From Candidatus Omnitrophota bacterium (GTDB lineage: Bacteria > Omnitrophota > Gorgyraeia > Duberdicusellales > 4484-171): a DNA stretch of 64,000 bases. Numbering within the stretch: position 1 is the stretch's first letter; every line of letters starts with the position of its first letter. The notes under the pieces are model-generated. The model made no database searches. It worked only from the letters and a program-made list of their open reading frames with translations, and was not told the DNA's origin. Where the stretch lies: contig JAIPGM010000004.1 in the NCBI GenBank assembly GCA_021735655.1, positions 64,001-128,000 on the forward strand, read 5' to 3'. Positions 57,857 through 64,000 of this stretch are shown piece by piece. Made by a program: the position numbers and the translations under genes.

Positions 57857-58957
57857 TTAAACTATCCTTTTCTTGCTTCTTTTTTTTGAAGGTTTTTTAC
57901 TGATTTGCGATTCCACCAAAAAACGCTCACGTTTTAACTCTTTGACAAGCTCGTCTTCCGTTGGCAAATATAACTTATACCTCGAGGCAAATATCTGTTT
58001 GTTATCTTTAGGCAACGTGTACCTGACAACAGCGTCTTTTTTATCTTCGCACAAAATAAGTCCAACTGTTGGATTGTCATCTTTCTGTTTCATGGATCGG
58101 TCGTAATAGTTTACATACATCTGCATTTGTCCGATATCCTGATGAACTAGTTTCCCAATTTTTAAATCGATAAGGACAAAGCATTTCAAGATAGTATTGT
58201 AAAAAACCAGATCAACATAAAAATGATCGCCATCCAATGTAATGCGTTTCTGTCTGCCTACAAATGTAAATCCTTTTCCAAGCTCAAGCAAAAACCTGGA
58301 AAGGTTATCAATAAGCGCCTGTTCCAGCTTGCTCTCGTATAATTTTGAGTGAGGAGATAATCCGGTAAATTCTAAAACATAAGGATCTTTTATCATATCT
58401 TCATATGTTGCCAGCTCTTGTCCTTTGCGAGCCAGCCTCATAAGACCTTTTTTGTCTTTGCTTAAAGCAAGCCGCTCATAAAGAAGTGTTCCTTTTTGTC
58501 GTTCAAGTTCGCGAGCTGACCAATTATTAGCGACGCACTCCGCCTCATAAAAGGATCTTGCATCAGGCTTGTCGACTCGCATCAATATTCGATAATGCGT
58601 CCAGCTCAATTCTTGACGCACTGCGTCAAGAATTGGATATGCTAAATAAAACTTTCGCATATTCGTCAAATTCGTAAAATCAAAGCCCTTGCCAAATTCA
58701 TCTGAAAGTCGATGGGACAAATCTTCTATTGTTTTCTTTCCATATCCTGCGCGCTTCTTGCCTTTCTGTTCTTCTTCGACAATTTCTTTTCCGATATGCC
58801 AATAGGCTAAAACCATCTCCGTATTAACAGCGCGGGCGATATTGTTTCTTGCGTTCTCAATAATTGCGCAGATTCGTTCGTACGCATTTGTTTTATTATT
58901 AACTCTCTTTTTGGCGATACTTCGAGAGCTTTTTTGAATGGCTTTTTTTCGTGGCAT
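57857..58957 (-). CDS. YhcG/DUF1016-family PD-(D/E)XK nuclease
   Basis: C-terminal FVGRQKRITLDGDHFYVDLVFYNTILKCFVLIDLKIGKLVHQDIGQMQMYVNYY is the DUF1016 core. Confidence 0.75.
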   Translation of the reverse strand: MPRKKAIQKSSRSIAKKRVNNKTNAYERICAIIENARNNIARAVNTEMVLAYWHIGKEIVEEEQKGKKRAGYGKKTIEDLSHRLSDEFGKGFDFTNLTNMRKFYLAYPILDAVRQELSWTHYRILMRVDKPDARSFYEAECVANNWSARELERQKGTLLYERLALSKDKKGLMRLARKGQELATYEDMIKDPYVLEFTGLSPHSKLYESKLEQALIDNLSRFLLELGKGFTFVGRQKRITLDGDHFYVDLVFYNTILKCFVLIDLKIGKLVHQDIGQMQMYVNYYDRSMKQKDDNPTVGLILCEDKKDAVVRYTLPKDNKQIFASRYKLYLPTEDELVKELKRERFLVESQISKKPSKKRSKKRIV

Positions 58958-58958
58958 C

Positions 58959-59135
58959 TTAGCAATTCCTCCTGCTCTTAATAAATTCTTCTAAATCTTC
59001 CGGCTTGATCTTCCACTGACCGATCTTCACGGCTTTAATTTCTTTTTTGCGTATTAAGTCTCGAATCCATTCATCGGTAAGTCCGAGTTTTTCGGCTACT
59101 TCAGGTACAGTGAGATACTCTTTTATGTTTTCCAT
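58959..59135 (-). CDS. small Xis/AlpA-like excisionase-family HTH protein (58 aa), absent from the ORF track
   Basis: ATG at 59133-59135, TAA at 58959-58961. MENIKEYLTVPEVAEKLGLTDEWIRDLIRKKEIKAVKIGQWKIKPEDLEEFIKSRRNC is similar to the HTH_17 protein at 43328-43567. Confidence 0.6.
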   Translation of the reverse strand: MENIKEYLTVPEVAEKLGLTDEWIRDLIRKKEIKAVKIGQWKIKPEDLEEFIKSRRNC

Positions 59136-59516
59136 AATTTTACACCTCGTGGAGTTATTGACTATGTATTACCATATTCAAAACAGCATTAGTCCCTATT
59201 TTAGTACTATTAAACCCAATGGTCAAGCAAAATGCTCATAAACACTGCAATTACGATAATGCCGGATTATGCCCCGGATTTATAATCCCGCACCTCTGAT
59301 ATATCATTTCCCACGGCTAAAGACTCAAAATAATCGACTTTTGCGGAAATCTAATCAATTTCGGCGTATCTTGAAGCTGAAATGACCCAAAATAACTCCT
59401 TATTATCATTTAAGCCAGTAAATGATAATATGGCATTTTCTTATTATCACTTCCTTATAAGATTTGTGATGAAAATGGGCTCCGGATCAATTATCCTCAC
59501 ATCCGTTGTAACAGCC

Positions 59517-59564
59517 AAAACACGACAACACGACATTTTTCATGTCGTATAATGTCGTGTTTTT
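59517..59564. promoter_or_regulatory. palindromic operator-like element with four ACACGACA/TGTCGT half-sites and an embedded TATAAT
   Basis: aaacacgacaacacgacatttttcatgtcgTATAATgtcgtgtttt, inside a 490-bp non-coding stretch. Confidence 0.5.
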
Positions 59565-59625
59565 CAGGCTATTTTCGCCTTAAAAATTAGCTCTAAATAT
59601 CCATAACACACATAAATACAAGCAT

Positions 59626-59880
59626 TTACGCAATATTAGGCTTTTTGCCATCACCAGACAATAGGACATGACATCGATTTTTTATTTTAAGGTCACTGAC
59701 AGACTGCCCCTCGCCCGACCCTCGGCAAACCCCCATGGTAAGGACCCATCTTTTTATGGCTTCCGGAGTTATATTCAGCTTAAGCTTCACCTCATACCCA
59801 TCAGGTGATTTTATCGTCACATAGGTCCAGAAGCCCGGCTTCCATTTCTTCTTTTTACGCTTATATCTGTACCATCCCAT
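59626..59880 (-). CDS. hypothetical protein
   Basis: 84-aa ORF; Lys-rich N-terminus. Confidence 0.35.
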   Translation of the reverse strand: MGWYRYKRKKKKWKPGFWTYVTIKSPDGYEVKLKLNITPEAIKRWVLTMGVCRGSGEGQSVSDLKIKNRCHVLLSGDGKKPNIA

Positions 59881-60024
59881 AGATCACGTCCTTTTAAAAT
59901 GCGTGCGGAGAAGGGCGTCAAGGAGGTTTACCAAAACAACGCCCCTTATCAGTCGCATTTAACTGATAAAACCTCTGCGATGGAACAGTTAAGCATCGCA
60001 TACAGTTTCCCCGCATTATTTGTT

Positions 60025-60699
60025 TTAATCAATAACCGCTTCCTTTTTTTCCACAGGTTGAGGTCGATATCTTTTCATGATCTGGCGAATTTCTTTCTCA
60101 AGATCAAAGTTTGAAACCCAGTTGCTTTTACTTCTGATTTCTTCCTCAACATCAGCCACAGTAGGACGGTTTAACCCAGCGATAACCCTGTCTTTTTCAG
60201 CATGAAATACATCATACGCCTCAGTGCCTAAGCTCGGGCTAAATGCCGGATATGATTCCAGATCACGCTTTGTCACCGCAGGGTGTCCATGTAAAGCAAA
60301 AGCCAATCCAAAAAGTTTTCCTTTTGCTTTCCAGAGATCAAGTTTTGCCTTATCACGGTCACGATTAAGGCGTTTTCTGATCTCTATAACTTTCTGAGAT
60401 TCATCATCTTTCAAAGTGGTGAAAGCATCCTCAAGTTTTTCTTTTAGCTTCTCAAGGCTTTCGGACACCACGTCGAGATTGATATTGCATTCCTCCAAAG
60501 CTGAATCCGCTTCTTTTACAGCATTTGGATTAGCTTTTTCACCGCACATAATCCTGCTTCTGATTTCTTTTGCTTTTTCTTTAGCGTCTTGTTTTTCTTT
60601 TTCACATTGCTTCTGCTTCTCCTCAAGAGCTACGATCTGCTCGGCGATCTCATCTGGCGTGCTTTTGTCTTTTAACACATTTAAAAAATTAAGCTTCAT
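60025..60699 (-). CDS. hypothetical coiled-coil protein
   Basis: 224-aa ORF; charged heptad-like N-terminal half. Confidence 0.4.
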   Translation of the reverse strand: MKLNFLNVLKDKSTPDEIAEQIVALEEKQKQCEKEKQDAKEKAKEIRSRIMCGEKANPNAVKEADSALEECNINLDVVSESLEKLKEKLEDAFTTLKDDESQKVIEIRKRLNRDRDKAKLDLWKAKGKLFGLAFALHGHPAVTKRDLESYPAFSPSLGTEAYDVFHAEKDRVIAGLNRPTVADVEEEIRSKSNWVSNFDLEKEIRQIMKRYRPQPVEKKEAVID

Positions 60700-60703
60700 T
60701 GTC

Positions 60704-61117
60704 TTATCTCCTTTTTTTAGGTGCGGTTATTGATAATGCTTCTTCAAACGGACAATCCGTTTCGTTCTGATACTTTCGAGCACGCCAAACATGATCAAGC
60801 TGTTCTGCGATTACCACACTGCCTGAATCTGCTTCTTTTTCCGGTGCGGTCTTACTTAAAGCGTCAGTTAACGTGCATTCAAATTTCTCACGGTACTCAT
60901 ACGCTTTCTTTAAGTGGTCAAGACGGACATCGCCTTCACTCGCCATGCTATCGTTCTTCTTAGCAGTCGCCTGCAAGGCTTCTGTGAGTGAACAGTTGTG
61001 CCTCATCATATAAAGATTAGCGTCAATTAAATGAACGAGTTGTTTTTCTTCAGTTGACCCCGGAACATACCGGCTGTTCATCCCGCTTATTGTGTTTAAT
61101 AAATGAGCTTGTTTCAT
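60704..61117 (-). CDS. hypothetical protein
   Basis: 137 aa; GGAGG SD 8 nt upstream; 4-nt spacer to the downstream gene. Confidence 0.4.
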   Translation of the reverse strand: MKQAHLLNTISGMNSRYVPGSTEEKQLVHLIDANLYMMRHNCSLTEALQATAKKNDSMASEGDVRLDHLKKAYEYREKFECTLTDALSKTAPEKEADSGSVVIAEQLDHVWRARKYQNETDCPFEEALSITAPKKRR

Positions 61118-61210
61118 TTTTTATTCCTCCTGTTTTTTTGTTTATCCACACTAAAAATATCCTTAATTTTCAATCCATAATTACATCATTTTCACCCCCT
61201 TTTCTGATGA

Positions 61211-61510
61211 TCGTGAGCGTTGTGAACGTCGATTCCACTACTTTCTAAATCCCTCTTTACGCCTCTTTTACACCCCTTTTTTGTGACTTTCCTGACCCTT
61301 TCCCTTATATTTTTCTTTTTTTAGAACAGAGGGGTTTTTACGTTCACAATGTTCACAAACCACACAAATCCTTGTAGATTAAGAAGTTAACCACTGAGCG
61401 TAGGTGTGACCGTAGACTCTGGACGTTCACAACGTTCACACTTTTCAGTACGGTCTCGGGTCCTCACGGTCACAACGCTCACCGACGTTCACACCGACGC
61501 TCACACCATT
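61211..61510. repeat. iteron field: about 11 copies of CG(T/C)TCACA(A) in direct and inverted orientation (P4 type-I-iteron-like), putative replication origin
   Basis: Copies: gtgagcgttgtgaacgtc (61215-61232); cgttcacaatgttcacaa (61341-61358); gacgttcacaacgttcacac (61423-61442); cggtcacaacgctcaccgacgttcacaccgacgctcacac (61467-61506). Confidence 0.65.
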
Positions 61511-63808
61511 TTCAAAGAGCGAATTGCCCTTAGTTTTCCGTAAAATAAACAGCTTCCTGCCGGTACCGGCTTCACGTTTATTACTACGTAAAATATCAAT
61601 CCCCACACTCCTCATAACAGGTGCGATACGCATAAGTTCAGAAGCTAAAGCCCTAGCATTAGCGGGAATTGTTTTATCAAATCCTGTCTCAGGCTGAACA
61701 CTTGAAAGAAGCGTAGTCGCAGAACCTGCCCATTCACCACCGTTAAATTCCACAAGATAAGTAAGCCTCTGTGCAAGCGTGCTTTCTTCGGCAGTATCTT
61801 CCCATTTATGATCAACCGACTCCTGATACTTCTGTAAAAACTCATCCTGTGAAAAGCCTAAATATCCCGACAAGCCTGAACCCCATTTAGCGAAATCCGA
61901 CATCCTGAAACGTTCATGCCCTGATACTCCGTCAACAATAGCCATAGCTTTTGAAAGGGCGGTAAAGAATCCGCCGAGAATGCCCGGCAAAGAAGCCCTC
62001 CACTCATCAGCGATTTGTTTTTCAGGTCTTGTTTCTTTGAGAATAGGAATATCGAATATTATTGATCTATCTAAAAGGTCGGGTCGGCAGATGGAACTGC
62101 CTATGCCGTTTAAAACAAAACATCTGCGGTACGTCCTTATAAATTCTTCGTCATTAGTGTAGAGTGACCGTTTCATGTCGCCTTCACCGGTTACCGCACG
62201 ACATAAAAAATCACTGAACCATTCAGATACACGAGAGAGATTGTCGAAGTTATTCACCCAATGCTTATCAGCGATCATCTGAGCCTGTTCTAAGTCTTTG
62301 GGAGCCGAAATTGACATTACTTTTGACGGATCACATAAACTTTTTATTAATCGGGAATTATTTGACTTACCAGTGCCTTGCTCGCCGAGTTGGACAGGTA
62401 TAACATGGGGAATATCAGGAATGAAAAACGTAGCTATAACCGTCATAAAAAGGCAGGCGTCATCTTTATTAATATTACAGAAGTCTAAAAGTTTTATCGG
62501 ATCAAATCCTTTAACAGGCATGACCTGCTCAGACTGGTGAGGGTAACGCTTAAATATCGGCGGGAGAAAAACAATTTCCCAGCCGTCTTTTGTAATCACA
62601 ACTCCACGCCAGTCTTTAGTCGTAAGGTCGTAATAAATCGCTCCGTTATACCAGCCTACACGGTTATACAGCTCAATCTGCCGACCGCCTTCGCATTGTG
62701 CCTCAACCTGAATACGTGCCTGTTTTAACGCCTCATTGCCCGGAGGATGACCGAAATCCCTGCGGTACCGCATTGCAAAACAGTTCCTGAAACGTGAACT
62801 GCTCGTCTGGCATACTTCAAAGTGTTTATCATAAGGAAGGACAACATAAGGATTGCCCTGCTGATCGGAAAAATATTCCGTGATCATTTCTTCACAGTCC
62901 CGGGTTATTATCTCGCCTTGAGTAAGCTTCTTTTGCTTAGGAGTGTTTGAAGCAGTAAATTCGTCCTTAGTATCCTGAATCGCTTTATCAATTGCCGATT
63001 CTCCGTATGTCTTGCCATCGCTAAAATGCTTCTCATCCCACTTTGATCGCATAAGACCAGAGTGACGGAACAAAGAATCCATCCCCACAGAATCTTTGCC
63101 AGTCCAAAAGGCGAGTTTATTGCATAAAGCAAGATCCGCTTCTGATTGGGAAGGATAATCATCCTGCCATCTGCCTTCATATAATTTAAAGAAACTATCT
63201 GCGTCTTTGCTTTTCCTGATCCTGTTAAGGAGAGATTTTACTTTCTTATTCTCCGCGTCCAGATTTTCAAGATGTTCATACAAGGCTTTGAGCTTGTCGG
63301 AACATTCGACAATCTTGTCATTACAGCCCTTAACAATGTCTCCGGTCGTAATAAGAAATCTATTCCCTGAATACATCTCCACATTAAACGAGCTGAACTT
63401 GCGGTCTCTGGGAAGCGTGCCTTTGCAGATAGTGTGAAGTCCTGTTCCGCTGACTGAATATTCTGTGTAACTGTTAAGCTCGGATATTATTTTTTGGACG
63501 AAAGGCGTAATAATTCCGTCTTTAATACAGTTATCAAAATCTATTCCCGCATGTGGCGATCTAAGGGCAAAACCGATAGCATCAAATTTCAAGATTTCAG
63601 CTTTGGATAAAACCACATCCAACGCACACCATGTCTTTGGATTATTTGATTGGGCATGTCCGCCGGTAAGCGCATTGATAGGTTCTTTCCGTGGCTTTTT
63701 ACCTTTTTGAGGAACAAACCGGAAGCCCACCCATATAGGCAAGTCTTTCATTTCCTGCGGTATATTTTCCACATACCATTTCTTCTCTTTTCTTCTCTCT
63801 TTCTTCAT
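61445..63808 (-). CDS. replicative primase: N-terminal bifunctional prim-pol domain + P4-family primase C-terminal P-loop (D5/SF3-like) domain
   Basis: Prim-pol region IWVGFRFVPQKGKKPRKEP...DAIGFAL. Walker A GEQGTGKSN. The last ~20 codons (GVSVGVNVGERCDRE...) are translated from the iteron repeats. Confidence 0.75.
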   Translation of the reverse strand: MKKERRKEKKWYVENIPQEMKDLPIWVGFRFVPQKGKKPRKEPINALTGGHAQSNNPKTWCALDVVLSKAEILKFDAIGFALRSPHAGIDFDNCIKDGIITPFVQKIISELNSYTEYSVSGTGLHTICKGTLPRDRKFSSFNVEMYSGNRFLITTGDIVKGCNDKIVECSDKLKALYEHLENLDAENKKVKSLLNRIRKSKDADSFFKLYEGRWQDDYPSQSEADLALCNKLAFWTGKDSVGMDSLFRHSGLMRSKWDEKHFSDGKTYGESAIDKAIQDTKDEFTASNTPKQKKLTQGEIITRDCEEMITEYFSDQQGNPYVVLPYDKHFEVCQTSSSRFRNCFAMRYRRDFGHPPGNEALKQARIQVEAQCEGGRQIELYNRVGWYNGAIYYDLTTKDWRGVVITKDGWEIVFLPPIFKRYPHQSEQVMPVKGFDPIKLLDFCNINKDDACLFMTVIATFFIPDIPHVIPVQLGEQGTGKSNNSRLIKSLCDPSKVMSISAPKDLEQAQMIADKHWVNNFDNLSRVSEWFSDFLCRAVTGEGDMKRSLYTNDEEFIRTYRRCFVLNGIGSSICRPDLLDRSIIFDIPILKETRPEKQIADEWRASLPGILGGFFTALSKAMAIVDGVSGHERFRMSDFAKWGSGLSGYLGFSQDEFLQKYQESVDHKWEDTAEESTLAQRLTYLVEFNGGEWAGSATTLLSSVQPETGFDKTIPANARALASELMRIAPVMRSVGIDILRSNKREAGTGRKLFILRKTKGNSLFENGVSVGVNVGERCDREDPRPY

Positions 63809-63810
63809 TG

Positions 63811-63972
63811 TTATGCTCCGTTCTGAAATATGAAGTCTTTAACCTTCCTGTAACATTGAAATAACTGCTCCTCTTTGGAGTTATTGAAAAACTTATCCGC
63901 CAGCTTGCGTGTTTTCTCGGCATCATCGAAAAGGATTCGTTTCTGCCTGCCAACTCCCGATAAACCCTTCAT
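63811..63972 (-). CDS. possible small ORF (53 aa) translationally coupled to the primase
   Basis: ATG at 63970-63972. MKGLSGVGRQKRILFDDAEKTRKLADKFFNNSKEEQLFQCYRKVKDFIFQNGA. TAA ends 2 nt before the primase ATG. Confidence 0.3.
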   Translation of the reverse strand: MKGLSGVGRQKRILFDDAEKTRKLADKFFNNSKEEQLFQCYRKVKDFIFQNGA

Positions 63973-64000
63973 GTCGCACCCCTTTGATACGAGGTACGTG

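Larger units (their letters stand above)
48870..64000. mobile_element. integrated P4-like/phage-satellite-like genomic island (partial; runs past the right window edge; integrase not in window)
   Basis: Abrupt switch from glycan-locus genes to a 580-bp AT-rich non-coding gap. Cargo is typical of such elements: CoiA-like, Imm, R-M+Vsr, RadC, wHTH, YhcG, Xis-like, prim-pol/P4 primase, iterons. Confidence 0.55.

Noticed and set aside
63699-63953. Minus-strand 84-aa ORF overlapping the primase N-terminus
   Set aside because: It overlaps the primase start by 110 nt in another frame. A different frame gives a cleaner 53-aa ORF (63811-63972) that ends 2 nt before the primase ATG.
1-64000. CRISPR arrays or cas genes
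   Set aside because: No regularly spaced 25-40-bp repeats found. The only tandem repeats are the short 11-12-bp arrays at 57.6-57.8 kb and the iterons at 61.2-61.5 kb.

Overview
This 64-kb window comes from an AT-rich, apparently diderm, probably uncultivated bacterium. It is almost completely co-directional: 60 of about 61 supported genes are on the minus strand. It has four parts.

(1) Type IV pilus / T2SS-like locus, 0.2-12.5 kb. Two type IV pilin paralogs flank an 848-aa membrane protein carrying the WWDYG motif of STT3/AglB/PglB N-oligosaccharyltransferases. Behind them lie PilC, two tandem PilB-type ATPases, a standalone MshEN-type c-di-GMP receptor domain, a PelD-like TM-GAF-degenerate-GGDEF protein, a PilX-like protein and two pseudopilins.

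(2) Housekeeping block, 12.6-19.5 kb. PadR, AccA, an L,D-transpeptidase, a DUF212 protein, a UbiA/DPPRS-like prenyltransferase, a cupin and tRNA-Met(CAU).

(3) Glycan / polysaccharide assembly locus, 19.5-46.3 kb. TPR proteins, a Wzy/O-antigen-ligase-like protein, a Wzc tyrosine autokinase, an outer-membrane beta-barrel, PilZ, a HAMP-GGDEF protein, two PglC-like phosphoglycosyltransferases, about nine glycosyltransferases (seven GT4, two GT2-like), a second Wzy-like protein, an MsbA/PglK-like ABC exporter, a geranylgeranyl-reductase-family oxidoreductase and a sulfotransferase.

(4) From about 48.9 kb to the window end, one arm of an integrated P4-like mobile element. A degenerate tRNA 3'-end-like fragment is followed by a 580-bp AT-rich gap. 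The element carries CoiA-like and superinfection-immunity genes, a PD-(D/E)XK protein, a Vsr / putative REase / C5-cytosine methyltransferase module, RadC, a wHTH regulator, a YhcG/DUF1016 nuclease, a small Xis/AlpA-like HTH and a prim-pol/P4-type primase whose 3' end sits in a field of CGTTCACA iterons. No integrase was found in the window, so it presumably lies beyond the right edge.

Most interesting: sequence context suggests a pgl-like N-linked protein glycosylation system whose oligosaccharyltransferase is embedded between pilin genes, with a c-di-GMP sensing layer around the pilus ATPases.
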